A stretch of 64,000 nucleotides of DNA from Camelus dromedarius. Taxonomy: Eukaryota. Shown piece by piece: positions 1-14,000 of the stretch. The position numbers and the translations under genes are program-made. The DNA lies in the NCBI RefSeq assembly GCF_036321535.1, contig NC_087437.1, positions 60,576,001 through 60,640,000 of the forward strand. Reading direction: 5' to 3'. The notes under the pieces are model-generated. The model saw only the letters and a list, made by a program, of their open reading frames with translations, was not told the origin of the DNA and did no database searches. Position 1 is the stretch's first letter, and each line of letters begins with the position of its first letter.

Positions 1-157
1 TGCATACATATAATATAAACTAGCAACAAATTTAGTGAAAATATTGTTATAGAATCATCATAATCGAGGAGAAAGTCTTCCAATATGTTATCCAACATTG
101 ATTGAGTTCATTGAACCACTTGAATTGAACAATTGTTCCTGGCTTGTTTTTTTACAC

Positions 158-184
158 GTGTGTGTGTGTGTGTGTGTATGTGTG
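158..184. repeat. (TG)n microsatellite
   Basis: Direct reading. Confidence 0.9.
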
Positions 185-1006
185 TTAAGAATTGAAATTT
201 TTAACCCTTTTTTAGTTATTTTCATTGAATCGAGATATAATTTGTAGACTTTTCTATTTAAGATACTCTTAAGCTCTAACCCTCTTAGAGGATTTAATTT
301 AACCTCTAAAGTACTTTCAAGATCAAAGTAAAATGTATTTTTTCTCCTTTACTATCTGTGTGATTCATTTTGTTAAAAGGGAAGGATTTAGTTTTATCCA
401 AAGCTTTTTTTGACCCAAAATATTTTTTAATTGAATAAATGAATTATTATAATAATCAGAAGTCTTTATCAGTGAAATAGTGACACTAGTTTTACCTTTG
501 CATTAGAAGTTTTTGGTTGGAAGTTGGTTGTAATTATAAAAATACATGTGTGGTATTAAATATACCTGGTACGATCAGAAAAGCATCATATTTTTAATAA
601 TAGTAAATTACCTAATATGCATATATATAGAACTGCTTGCTAAAGCATGAATCATTAAAAGACTTAATAGTTCTTAGAGTCTAAGTAAAAAATTAATAGC
701 ATATACTTGGCATCACAAGTGAAGATTTTAAATAGATATAATGAGAAATATATATTTTAAATAGATATAATCTGTAAAATACAGAATAACAGAAAGGTAG
801 TTATTAAATAGCACATTTATATTTATCAAACTTTATAATTTGTCACCTTTTTCCCTAAATCCTGCCATAATTAGTTTGTAGAGTACCTTTTTTATATCTT
901 TCCTATTTTCTCAGGAAAGTTCTAGTAAGTTATATGTTATATAAGAATTAAATTAGTAGTAGTTATCTTTATAGATTTTCTTATCTGTATTTTAACTTTC
1001 TAATAG

Positions 1007-1057
1007 GTGGTCAAGAAGAATATGTCTTATCATATGAACCAGTGAATCAACAAGAAG
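1007..1057 (+). CDS. DLG1: DLG1 internal coding exon (R)GQEEYVLSYEPVNQQE, hook/GK junction
   Basis: taatag|GTGG acceptor and GAAG|gtttgt donor; 51 nt; translation matches the DLG1/SAP97 peptide preceding the GK domain. Confidence 0.93.
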
Positions 1058-1100
1058 GTTTGTGAAGCCTGTTGATGTTTTACAATCTTATTATATCACC

Positions 1101-1208
1101 TTTGGGGGGTGGTAATTAGGTTTATTTTTCGAGAAGCCACTGGAGACTGAACCCATGGCATCGTGCATGCTAAGCACACACTCTACCACTGAACTATACC
1201 CTCCCCCC
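1101..1208 (-). mobile_element. tRNA-derived SINE (camelid Vic-1-like)
   Basis: Reverse complement reads GGGGGGAGGGTATAGTTCAGTGGTAGAG...GGGTTCAGTCTCC, with Pol III A/B boxes; similar to the copies at 8551 and 46201. Confidence 0.85.
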
Positions 1209-1562
1209 ACATCACTTCTTATACCCAGTTTCTCTTTTGCCATTTTCTGATCTGCTTCCTTACAATTTCTACTTCAAAAAGGAGCAGTGTTTGATGATAG
1301 TAGCAATATATATAAACATTATCTGCTAAAATGCTGAACGTAACTTGGTTGAATTATCTAAGTGTATGACTTCCAAAAGAAGACTGACTAAGGTTTAAGA
1401 TCTTAATAAAAAGGTTTGTAAATTATCAAGCTAGCCATCATTGGTGGAGAAAGAAAAAAGAAAGAAATTAACAGTTAAGGGTACTTTTGTTTTCTAATGA
1501 AATAAAATGTATTCATGTTTGTTGAGCATTTATTCCTCTTAACATGGAGTGTATTTTTATAG

Positions 1563-1664
1563 TTAATTATACTCGACCAGTGATCATATTGGGACCGATG
1601 AAAGACAGGATAAATGATGACTTGATCTCAGAATTTCCTGACAAATTTGGATCATGTGTTCCTC
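1563..1664 (+). CDS. DLG1: DLG1 exon (V)[33 protein letters not shown], start of GK domain
   Basis: tatag| acceptor, |gtgagt donor; 102 nt; phase compatible with neighbouring exons. Confidence 0.96.
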
Positions 1665-1920
1665 GTGAGTAACCCACATAAAAATTATTAATTCTTGTTC
1701 TTAACATTTTGTTATTGTGTGTGGTAAAAGTAAACATTACCATTTTTTAATGGTTTTACTTATTCTATCAGTTATTCCTCCATCCTCTATATTATTGTCC
1801 TTTTTCAAATTTAAATCAATCTCTGTTGTATTGAACTTTATAAAACAATTCTTTAAGTAGCAAATGGATTTGTTGTGCTTTTTAATATTAAACACTTCCT
1901 CAAGTTTTTTTCTGTTAAAG

Positions 1921-2093
1921 ATACAACTAGACCAAAACGAGATTATGAGGTAGATGGAAGAGATTATCATTTTGTGACTTCAAGAGAGCAAATGGAAAAA
2001 GATATCCAGGAACATAAATTCATTGAAGCTGGCCAGTATAACAATCATCTGTATGGAACAAGTGTTCAGTCTGTGCGAGAAGTAGCAGAAAAG
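1921..2093 (+). CDS. DLG1: DLG1 exon (H)[18 protein letters not shown]...REVAEK, GK domain
   Basis: ttaaag| acceptor, AAG|gtaagc donor; 173 nt; inside ORF 1875..2129; classic MAGUK GK motif. Confidence 0.97.
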
Positions 2094-2869
2094 GTAAGCA
2101 TCAAAGTGATCCCAGAATACAGTTTCTAATCAACTGCACCTTTCACACTATGAAAGAATGATGGGATAGAAGCTTATAATTCATATTTTTGAAAAAAATA
2201 AATGTTCTAACATTGATTATGTTAATGTTATGAATTTATTCAACTAAATATTTACTTCTAAGTGGCTTAGAAGCATACACGATGGAGTAGATTAAGAAGA
2301 TCAACAAAGAAAATAATAGGAATGATAATGTGAATCTGAGAGGGGAGATTATTATTTTGAGGTCCTATACATTTGCTAGAGATAGACTTTGTGTTTAGCT
2401 CTAGCTTTCCAACATCTAGCATAATTAAGAAGCTAAGATCAGCACTGTCCATCAATAAAAATGAACCAGATGTTCAAGATAACTGTAAGTTGCTCCTGAT
2501 ACTGAGACTAGACAATAATCTCTCCTGAATAGTCATTTAATAAAAGATAGTATAAAAAATACTCAGTAACAATGTAACAGCAACAGATTTTTTTAAAGCA
2601 GTCTGGTGATATATTGACATTGAGCTAAAGCAGCTTTATGGTAGAACCAAAACCTTGTACTCCAGATGTGCTGCTATGCTTATATCACTCTTGGGGCCTA
2701 GAAAATAAACATCAACAAATTATTCTTTTACCTTCAAAACTATAGTAGTTTAAAACTTAGTCATGAAATACCTACAAAATATAAAGCAGTAATTCAGCCT
2801 CTCAGTTTTCCATCTATAACTGCTCCTTTTTTAATAAGAGGTTTGGTTAATTCTGATTAGTTTTAAAAA

Positions 2870-3640
2870 TAGAAAAAATGAAAATGTTCAGTGATGACAA
2901 GAATTTTGGGAAAATAGAAAATCTTATTAGATGTTGTTAATAGGTATAGAAATTAATAGAACTTAATTTGAGAATAATTTGGCAGTATCCAGTAAATGCA
3001 CATAACCTGTGACTCAAAAATTCTACTTCTTGGTATGTAAATACAGATTCACACATAAGGATTTTGTATAAGGATATTCATAGTAGCACTTTATAGTAGT
3101 GAAAAATTGGAATCAGCAAAGGGGAGTGAATAATTAACTGTTATTTATTCATACATTGGGATATAGCAGCTAGAGTAAAACTAGAATATTCACTAATTAG
3201 GTATAGCCATACTAATAAATCTCAAAATTATAATGGTGAATGAATGAAGTTGCAAAGGATATATACAGGATGACACTATTTATATAAACTTTAATTAACA
3301 TAAAACAGCATATATAGTTTATTGATACATATTTCATAAACATAAAAACATACAAGGATATAAAATAAGCTATGAGGATATATAGTACAGCACAGGGAAT
3401 ATAATAACTATAAATAGAATATAACCTTAAAAAATGTTAATCACTGTGTTGTATACCTGAAACTTATATCGTACATCACCTATACCTCTACTGAAAAAAA
3501 AAAAATCACCAGAAAAAAAAAATGCATGGGAGTGATACACATCTACTTGAGGAGTATATGTAGCAGCTATCCAGTAGTTTTCCTCTGGGAGGAGAAGGAA
3601 GGAAATTGTAGCTTTAGCTTTATTTGTAATGTTTTACTTT
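2870..3640 (+). mobile_element. Old L1 3' end fragments, including a short younger L1 3' end with A-tail at ~3355-3505
   Basis: Degenerate L1 3' UTR motifs (atagtagcactttat, cacagggaatata, tgtatacctgaaact) and an A-run. Confidence 0.6.
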
Positions 3641-3659
3641 GCTTAAGTTTTTTAAAAAT

Positions 3660-3877
3660 TTTATAAACACACCCTCAGCCTAACTGAAAGGTAATATCCA
3701 AGCTTCAGATTACTGATAAATAGGAAAGTAAACAGCAAATCATAGCAAGCTATTTCACGTTCAAACCTTGTGGAGAAGAAACTATCAGGAAGTTCCACAA
3801 AGTAGAAATACTGCAAATAATACTCTGATCAGAATGCAATATTGTGTTATTAGGAAATCAACAACTAAAAGGCTCAG
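3660..3877 (+). mobile_element. Old sense-strand L1 ORF2 fragment (host element, left part)
   Basis: Degenerate ORF2 sequence that continues at 11009 after the inserted L1. Confidence 0.6.
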
Positions 3878-3889
3878 CCAACTGGAAAA

Positions 3890-6800
3890 AATTATTTATT
3901 TATATTGAAGTATAATTGATATACAGTATTCTGTAAGTTACAAGTGTACAATATAGTGATTCACAGGTTTTAAAAGTTATACTCCATTTATAGTTATTAT
4001 AAATATTGGCTGTATGTCCCAGGTTGTACAATATATCCTTATAGCTTATTTTATACATGATAGTTTGTACCTCTTACTTCCCTATCCCTGCATTGCCCCT
4101 CCCTACTTCCCTCTCCCCACTGGTCATCACTAGTTTATTCTCTGTATCTGTGAGTCTGCTTTTTTATTGTATTTTATTGTATTGTATTCACTAGTCTGTT
4201 GTATTTTTTAGATTCCACTTATCAGTGATGTCATATAGTATTTGTCTTTTTCTGTCTGATTTATTCCACTTAACGTAATACCCTCCAAGTCCATCCATGT
4301 CACTACAAGTGGGAAAATTTCATTTTTGTGTCTGAGTAGTATTCCATTGTGTTTGTGTGTGTGTATATATATATATATATCTTCTTTATCCATTCATCTG
4401 TTGATGAACATTTAGGTTGCTTCCGCATCTTGGCAACTGTAAATAATACTGCTGTGAAAATTGGGGTGCATCTGTCTTTCTTGAATTAGTGCTTTTGTTT
4501 TTTCAGGTATATACCCAGGAGTGGAATTACTGGATCATATGGTAGTTCTATTTTTAGTTTTTTGAGAAACCTCCATGCTGTTTTCCATAGTGACTGCACC
4601 AGTTTACATTCCCACCAACAGTGTATGAGAATTCCATTTTGTCCATATCCTTGCCAACATGTTATTTGTGCTCTTTTTGATAATAGGCATTCTGACAGGT
4701 GTGAGGTGTTATCTCATGGTTTTGATTTGCATTTCCCTGATAATTAACAGTGTTGAGCATTTTTCATGTGCCTATTGGCTGACTGCATTTCCTCTATTGA
4801 AAAATGTCTGTTCAATCTCTTGCCCATTTTTTAAATGGGTTTTTTTTAATTTGATGGTAAGTTGTATGAGCTGTTTATATATGTTGGATATTAACTCCTT
4901 ATCAGTTGTATCATTTGCAAATATTTTCTCCCACTCAGTAGGTTGTCATTTCATTTTGTCGATGATTTCCTTTGCTGTGCAAAAGCTTTTTTGTTTAATT
5001 AGGTCCTGTTTGTTTATTTTTGCTTTTATTTCCTTTGCTTTAGGAGACAGATCCAAAAAAAAATTGCTACAACTTATGTCAAAGAGTATGCTGCCTTTAT
5101 TTTCCACTAAGAGTTTTAGAATTCCAGTCTTATACTTAGGTCTTCAATCCATTCTAAGTTTATTTTTGTATGTGGTGTTAGAGAATGTTCTAATTTCATT
5201 CTTTACATGTAGCTGTCCACTTTTCCCAGCACCAACTGTTGAAGAGATTGTCTTTTCTTCATTATATATTCTTGCCTCCTTTGTCATAGATTAATTGACC
5301 ATAAGTGCATAGGTTTATTTCTGAGCTCTCTCTATTCTATTCCATTGATCTGTGTGTCTGTTTTTGTGTCAGCACTGTATTATTTTGATTATGGTAGCTT
5401 TGTAGTATAGTCTGAAGTCAGGGACCATGATTCCTCCAGCTTTGTTGTTTCTCAAAATTATTTTGGCTATTCAGGGCCTTTTGTGTTTCCACACAAATTT
5501 TTAAATTATTTGTTCTAATTGTGTGAAAAATACAGTTGGCATTTTAATAGGGCTTGCATTCAATCTGTAGATTACCTTGAATTTTAGCAATATTAATTCT
5601 TCCAATCCAAGAACATGGTATATCTTTCCATCTGTTAGTGTCATCTTCAGTTTCTTTCATCAGTGTCTTATAACTTTTGGAGTACCTCCTCCAAAAGGTC
5701 TTTTACCTCCTTAGGAAGGTTTATTCCTCAGTATTTTATTCTTTTTGATGCAGTGGTAAATGGGATTATTTCCTTAATAGCTCTTCCTGATAGTTCATTG
5801 TTAGTGTGTAGAAATGCAGCACATTTCTGTGTGTAAATTTTAAATTCTGCAACTTTACCAAACTCATTGATGAGCTTTAGTAGTTTTCTGGTGGTGTCTT
5901 TAGGATTTTTCTGTGTACAGTATCATGTCATCTGCAGACAGTAGCAATTTTACTTCTTCCATTCCAATTAGGATTGATTTTTTTTTTCTTGTCTGATTGT
6001 TGTGCATAGGACTTCCAATACTATATATTGAATAAAGTGGTGAGAGTAGGCATCCTTGTCTAGTTACTGATCTTAAAGGAAAGGCTTTCAGCTTTTCACC
6101 ACTGAGTGTAATGTTAGCTATGGGTTTGTCATATTTGGCCTTTATTATGTTGAGGTAAGTTCTCTCTGTGCCCACTTTCTGGAGAGTTTATCGTCAATGG
6201 ATGTTGAATTTTATAAAAAGCTTTTTCTGCATCTTCTGAGATGATAATACAGTTTTTATTCTTCAATTTGTTAATGTGGTGTATCACATTGATTGATTTG
6301 TGGGTATGAAAAATCCTTGCATTCCTGGGATAAATCTCACTTGATCATGGTGTATGATCCATTTAATGTATTGTTGGGTTCAGTTTGCTAATATTTTTTT
6401 GAGGATTTTTGCATGTATGTTAATCAGTGATACTGGCTTGTAATTTTCTTTGCTAGTGATATGTTTGTCTGGTTTTGGTATCAGGGTGATGTTGGCCTCA
6501 TAGAATGAGTTGAAAGGCATTCCTTCCTCTGCAGTCTTTTGGAATAGTTTGAGACAGATAAGTATTTAACTCTTCTCTGAATATTTGGTAGAATTCATCT
6601 GTGAAGCCATCTGGTCCTAGACTTTTGTTTGTTGAGAGTTTTTTAATTACTCATTCCATTTTATTACTAGTAATTGGTCTGTTCATACTTTCTATTCCTA
6701 TTTCAGTCTTGGGGGATTGTACCTTTCAAAGAATTTGTTTCTTCCAGGTTGACTATTTTATTGGTGTATAGTTGCTTGTGGTAGTCTCTTATGATCTGTT

Positions 6801-9800
6801 GTATTTCTGTGGTGTCAATTGTAACTTCTTTTTCATTTCAGATTTTATTGATTTGGACCCTCTCCCTTTATTTTTTTTATGAGTCTACCTTAAAGTTTAT
6901 TGATTTTGTTAATCTTTTCAAAGAACCAGCTTTTAGTTTCATTGACCTTTCTTTTTTTTTTTCTTTTGGTTTATTTTTTGTTTTGGGTTTTTGGGGGGTT
7001 TTTTGGATTTTTTTAGTCTCTTTCATTTATTTCTGCTCTGATCTTTATTATTGCTTTCATTCTACTGACTTTGGTTGTTTTTTTTTTTTTTCCTGTTTCC
7101 TTTAGATGTAAGGTTAGATTGTTTATTTGAGATTTTTCTCTTTTCCTGAGGTAAGTTTGTATCACTATAAACTTCCCTCTTAGAACTGTTTTTGCTGCAT
7201 CCCAAAGGCTTTGGATTGTCATGTTTTCGTTTTCATTTCTCTCTAGGTATTTTTTTATTTCCTCATTGATTCCTTCAGTCATCCATTGGGTCTTTAGTAG
7301 AATATTGTTTAGCCTCCATATGTTTGTGTTTTTAAGTTTTTTTCTTGTAATTGACTTCTAGTATCATAGCATTGTGGTTGGAAGAAAAAATGCATGATAT
7401 GATCTCAGGTTTCTTAAATTTACCAAGGCATGCCTTGCATTCGAGCATGTAATCTCTCCTAGAGAATGTTCCACGTGCCCTTGAAAAGAATGTATATTCT
7501 GCTTTCAGATGGAATGCTCTATATATAGCATTTAAGTTCATCTGATCTGTTGTGTCATTTAAGGCCAGTGTTTCCTTATTGATTTTATGTCTGGATGTAA
7601 GTGGGGTGATAAAGTTCTCTACTACTGTTGTGTTACTGTCTATTTCTCCTTTTATCTTCTTAAAATTGGCCTTATATATCTAGGTGCTCCTATGTTGGGT
7701 GCATATTTATGTACAGTTGTTGTATCTTCTTGGATTTGCTCCTTGATCATTAGTCCTTTGTCTCTTGTAACAGTCTTTAAAGTCTATTTTATCTGATGTA
7801 AGTATTGCTACTCGCTTTATTTTGATTTCCATTTGCATGGAATACCTTTTTCATCCCATCACTTTCAGTCTGTGTGTGTTTAGACCTGAAGTGAGTCTCT
7901 TGTAGGCAGTGTATGTACAAGTCATGTTTTTGTATCCATTCATCCACTCTGTCTTTTGATTCCAGTGTTCAGTCCATTTACATTTAAGGTAATTGTCACT
8001 ATGTATGTTCTCATTGCCAGTTTGTTAATTGCTTTTGGTTGTTTCTATAGGTCTTTTTTTCCCCCTTTTCCCTCTTTTGTTCTCTTGTGATTTGATGACT
8101 ATCTATCTTTAGTGTTACATTTGGATTCCTTTCGTGTGTGTGTGTGTGTGTGTACATCTATAATAGATTTTTGGTTTGTGGTTACCATGAGGCTTTTGTA
8201 TAGCAGTCTGTATATATGATTCTTGTAAGTTACTGGTCTTTCTTCATTTCAAATGCATTTTCAGTGCATTTGTTCTCTCTTCCCCTCATGATTACTGTTT
8301 TTGATACCATATTTTACATCTAATTGTTTTGTATAATCCATAACTACTTATTGTGGCTACAAATGATTTTACTACTTTTGTCTTCTAATCTCCCAGCTAG
8401 TTTTGTGTGTGGATGATTTCCTGTCTTTACTGTGTGTTTGCCTTTACCAGTGAGCTTTTTCCTCCTGTAGTTTTCTTGTTTCTAGTTGTGGCCTTTTCTT
8501 TTCCGCTAGAGAAGTTTCTTTAACATTTGTTGTAAAGCTACTTTGGGGGTGGGGGGGCAGTGGCGGTATGGCTCGGGGTAGAGTGCATGCTTAGCATGCA
8601 TGAGGTCCTTGGTTCAATACCCAGTACCTCTATTAAGATAAACGAACCTAATCATCCTCCCACTTCCCCCACCCCAAAAAATTTTAAAAATAAATAAAGC
8701 TGGTTTGGTGGTGCTGAATTCTTTTAGCTTTTGCTTGTCTGTAAAGCTTTTGATTTCTCCATCAAATCTGAACAAGATCTTTGCTAGGTAAAATATTCTT
8801 GGTTGTAGTTTTTTCTCTTTCATCACTTTAAGTATATTACATTACTTCCTTCTGGCCTGCAGAATTTCTGCTTAAAAAGTCAGCTGATAGTCTTATGGGC
8901 ATACCCTTGCATGTTATTTGTTTCTTTTCCCTTGCTTCTTTTAATACTTTATCTTTATCGTTAATGTTTGTTCTTTTAATTAACACTGTGTCTTGGTATG
9001 TTCCTGTTTGGATTAATTCTGTGTGGGACTCTACACTTCCTAGACTTAGGTGACTGTTTTCTTTCCCAGGTTAAGGAAGTTTTCAACTATTATGTCTTCA
9101 AACATGTACTTAGCCCCTTTCTCTCTCTTCTTCTTCTGGGACCCCTTCATTCCTTCTAGTGTATTTTTCATTTCAGTTATTGTATTCTTCATCTCTGTCT
9201 GGTTGTTCTTTATATTTTTTAACTCTTTGTTAAAACTTTGAACATCTCATTCTGTGCATCCATTCTTCTCCTGAGTTCTTTAATCATCTTTACAATCATT
9301 ACCCTGAATTCTTTCTTGGGTTGATTACCTATCTCCACTTCACTTAATTCTTCTTCTGGGATTTTTATCTTGTTCCTTTGTCTGCAACATGTTCTTCTAC
9401 TGCCTCATTTTGTCTAAATTGCTATTTGTATTTTTATATATCTGGTAGATTAGTTATATTACCCGACCTTAGAGAAGTGGCCCTCTGTAGGAGATGTTCT
9501 GTGCATCCCAACAGCATACTCCCTCTCACCCAAACTATATGCTCTAGGGGGTTCCCTTGTGGTGGGTATTAGGTCCTTCTAATGTGGCAGGCTAACTACT
9601 TGTGCAGCTGAGTAGGCTTAGTTAGCCCCTAGTCCAGTTAGTTGCTAGGCCCTCTGCTGTGCTGAGGCTGTCAGCTGCTGGTTAGTGGGGCCTCGTCTCA
9701 AGGTACCTGACTGCAGAACTTCAGGAAGCCCCCTGGGGCTTATGGTGGCTCATTGGGGGTAGAGTTAGGGTCCAAAAGACTTGAGGCTGTTGCCCACCCA

Positions 9801-10996
9801 CTGGAGAATGAAGCCAGATCCCAGGGTTAGTGCCAGACTACTAGCAGGCAGAGCTGGGTCCTAAAGTCCAGCTGCAAAGCCCAGGGATCCTAGAGGTGGT
9901 GTCAGATCACTGTAGGGGAGTTGGGAGGTACAGTTTCTGACACAGTTGGGTACGAGGTCCAAGCTTGTGTTGTCCCGAATCATGTTTTGGCCTGCTAGTG
10001 GGCAGTGCCAGGGCCCAGCTGGTCCACGGGCAAGGTCTGGCCTGCTGTGGGCAGGCTGGGTCTGTAGTCTGCAGGACTGTGGTTTTCTTGTGTCTGGTGT
10101 CTGCCTCCTGGTGGGTGAGGCTGATCTAGAAGCTAGTGCAGACTTCTGGAGGGCAGGGCCAGTGCCTACTCATTGGTGGGTGAAGCTGGGTCTTGGCCCT
10201 CTGGTGGGCAGGGCCATGTCTAGAGGTGACTGTGGGCTCAGGAAGTCTTTAGACAGGTGGTCTGCTGATGGGTGCGGCTCTTCCCCACCTAGTTAGTTGT
10301 TTGGACTGAGGCTTCCCAACCTAGGCATCTGTAGGTTGTTGGGTGAGGCCATCTCTTGGTGGTAATGAGCTAGAGGGAGGAGCCCACCTATAATGACTAC
10401 TCACGCCAGTGTCCATACAGTAGAAAACTCTCAAGTGTGTCTGCCACCAGTGTGTGTGTCCCCAGGCTGAGCAGTAGTCAACTTCCCACCTCTCCGGGAG
10501 ACTCTCCAAGACCAGCAGGTAGGTCTGGCCCAGGCTCTTACCAGATTACTGCTTCTGCCCTGGGTCCTGATGTATGTGAGATTTTGTGTTTGCCCTTTAA
10601 AGTGAAGTCTCTATTTTCCCCCATTCCCTTGGGACTCACAAAATTAAGCTCCACTGACCTTCAGAACCAAATGCTCTAGGAACTCATCCTCCCGGTGCAC
10701 AACCCCTAGACTGGGAGCCAAGCAGGCTCAGAACTCTCACTCCTGTGGGAGAACCTCTACGATAAAATTATTCTCTAGTTTATGCGTTTCCCATTCAGGG
10801 GTGTGGGACTTGATTATATCATGAGTCTGCCCCTCCTACCCATCTCGTGGTTCCTTCTTTATGACTTCACTTGTAGATCTTTTCTGGTAGGTTCTGATCT
10901 TTTTCATCAATGTTCTGCAGATAGTTGTGATTTTGATGTGCTCATGAGAGGTGAGCTCAGGGTCTTTCTACTCCACCATCTTGGCTAATCTCTTTC
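3890..10996 (-). mobile_element. Near full-length LINE-1 (~7.1 kb), antisense to DLG1, ORFs disrupted
   Basis: Minus-strand ORF fragments match L1 ORF1 (8614-8826), endonuclease (7332-7541), RT (5900-6175) and ORF2 C-terminus (4208-4393); GC-richer 5' UTR ~9250-10996 starting CCAAGATGGTGG; TSD ccaactggaaaa at 3878-3889 and 10997-11008. Confidence 0.93.
8551..8694 (+). mobile_element. tRNA-derived SINE inserted in L1 ORF1
   Basis: A/B-box-like motifs (tggctcggggtagag, ggttcaatacc), A-rich tail, imperfect TSD taaagct(ac/gg)tttgg at 8533 and 8695. Confidence 0.85.
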
Positions 10997-11008
10997 CCAA
11001 CTGGAAAA

Positions 11009-14000
11009 TTTAAAACAACTTCTTAACTCATATGTGAAAGAGAAAATGGAAGATGAAATTATAGAATTTCTTAAAAATAATAATGAAAATAGTACATATC
11101 AGAATCCATGGGATATATTTAAAACAATGATCAGAGGAAATTTCATAGCCTTAAGAACATTTCCAAACAAAAATGAATGGAAATAGATAAACTAAATCCC
11201 TAGTGTAAAAGGCTAGAAAAAGATAAAGGAAGGACACAATACACATAAAAGCGGAAATTATGTGGTAAGCAGAAGGAAGAAAACAATGAAGATCAGAGAG
11301 GAAACTAATAAAAAAGAAAACAGGAAAATAATAGATGAAATCAGTGAAACCAAAAAATGGTTCTTTGAGAAGATCTCAGAGTCCTTGATAAGCCTTTAAC
11401 CAGCCTGATGAGAAAAAAACAAGTGATGATAGAAATTACCAATATCAGGAATGAGAGAGGTTACAGAATCTACAGATATTTAAAGGAAAGTCTGAAATTG
11501 AGAGACAACTTTATACCACTGAGTTCAACAGTTTAGGTGAAAAGGATTCCTTGAAAGATATAAACTACTTAAGCTCATTCACAAAGAAATAGATTATTTG
11601 AATAGCCCTATATTTAGTAAAGAAATTGATTTGTGTTTAAAAACCTTTCCACAAAGAAAACTCTAGACCCAGATGGCTTCACTAATAAATTCTACCAGAC
11701 ACTTAAGGAATAAATAATGCCCTTTTTCTACCATAAAATTTAAAAGGAGGGAGTACTTTACAGTTTTTTTCTGAGTCCAGCATTACCTAGATTTCAAAAC
11801 CTGACAACACATTACCAAAAAACTGCAGACCAATTTCCCTGATGAACATAGGTGCAAAATTTCTAAACAAAATTTTCATGAGTTGGATCTAACAACATTT
11901 AAAAAGATAATATGTCATGACCACCAAGTAGGATTTATCCAATGACTGTAAGGTAAATTTAAGCATGAGAAAATCAGTCAGTGTAACTGATGATACTGAA
12001 GTAAAAAAGGAAAACCATATGATTATCTCCATAGTTTAGGAAAAGCATTTGACAAAATCCAACATCCATTTTTGACTAAAACTTTCTGCAAACTAGGAAT
12101 GGAAAAGAACTTCCTCAGACTCATAAATAACATTCCAAAAACCCTACATGTATCATCATACTTAATTATTTTTAAAAACCTCCATGTTTTTCCCCTTAAA
12201 TCAGAAACACATCAAGGATATCCACTCTCACCACTTGTTTTCAGTATTATAATAGAGGTCCTAGCCAGTGCAGTAAGACAAGAAAAAGAAATAAAAGTCA
12301 TCAAGATTAAAAGGAAGAAGTAAAATTGTCTTTATTTGCAGACAACATGATTGTCTATGTAAAATATCTGATAAAATCTACCCAGAAAAATGCTACTATT
12401 ACAAATAAATACATTTAGCAAGATTAAAGGATACAGTATTGATCAATATACAAAAACCAGTTGTATTTCTGTATACTTAGACTAATCACAAACTGAAATT
12501 TTGAAAAATATTATAGTATCATTAAAAATATTAAATACTTAGAAATCTGACCAAAAAAAGAAAAAATGGTATATTGGACTTCACCAAAGTTCGAACTTCT
12601 GCTCTTGGGGGGAGAAAAGCACTGTTAGGGGAATAAAAAGACTAGCTATATACTAGGAGAAAATATTTTCAAACCATATATTTTGTAAAAGACTTGTATC
12701 TAGAATATGTAAAGAACTCTTTCAACACAGTACTAAAGACAACCCAATTTTTAAATGGACAAAAGATTTGAAAAGACATTTCCGTAAAGAAGATATACAA
12801 ATGGCCAATAAACGGATGAAAAATTAACTGAACACAGTCATTAGATAAATGCAGATTGAAACCATAATGAGGAGCCACTACATACCCATTGGAATGGCTA
12901 AGTTTTTTTAAACTGATCATTACCAAGTTTTGACAGAAATAGGAGAAAAGAAAACATATGTCCATAGAAAGACTTGTACATAAATAGTCATAACAGATCT
13001 ATTTATAATGGGCAGAAACTGGAAGCAACTCAAATGTCCCTCAACTGATGAATGGATAAACAAAGTGTGATATAGTCATGTAATGGAATACTATTCAACA
13101 TTAAAAAGTAATAAATTATTGATATACACAACAACATAGATGAATCCCAGAGTAGTTATGCTAAGTGAAAGAAGCCAGATAATAAAGGACTACACATTGA
13201 ATTATTGTATTTATGTAAGGTTTTAGAAATTTCAAACTGATCTATAGTAACAAAAAGCAGACTAGTGGTTGGTGAGGAGGGAAGGAGAGGTTTCAGAGAG
13301 GCATGAAACTTGGGAGTGATGGATGTATTTAGTATGTTGATTATGGTCATGATTTGAAGGTGTACATACATGTCAAAACTTAGCAAATTGTATACTTAAA
13401 ATACCTGCAGTTTATTGTATGTCATTTATGCTTAATCAAGCTGTTTGTTCGTTTGTTTGTTTTAACTGATAGTCCTCCTTGTGCTTTGGGGGAAAACAAA
13501 ACTTACACTTTTAACTTTATATGTTTTCTCAACTACTTAAGTTTTTGTCACTTGCACATATTCTTTATAATAATAACAATTAGTAAAATAAGATTTTTTA
13601 AGGTATTAAGGTAGAGAATAGAAAAACAGAAGATTTAAAAAGAAATAACATAATAGACAAACTACTAGCTGATCTGATTTTTTTAAGGGAAAGTCACAGA
13701 TAATAAACACAGGAAATGACGGGACATAACCGTTGAAATATTATGAAATCGTAAAAGACTACATTGTATATCTTTATATAAATAAAATTCAAAACTTGGT
13801 TGAGATGGATAATTTCCTAGAAAAATACAGTTTACCAAAATTGACCTATTAGAAATGGAAAGATTTCTATAGAAGAAGAAATCTTTAGAAGAAATGGAGC
13901 AAGTTACCAAGGAACTATCCCAAAAGAAGGACCAGGCCCAGATAACTCCATGGGGGAACTCTACCAAATCTTGAAAGGTTAGATCATCTTGAAGCTCCAT

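Noticed and set aside
4659..5294. 211 aa hydrophobic ORF resembling a membrane protein
   Set aside because: It is the opposite-strand shadow of A-rich L1 ORF2; T-rich codons give spurious hydrophobicity
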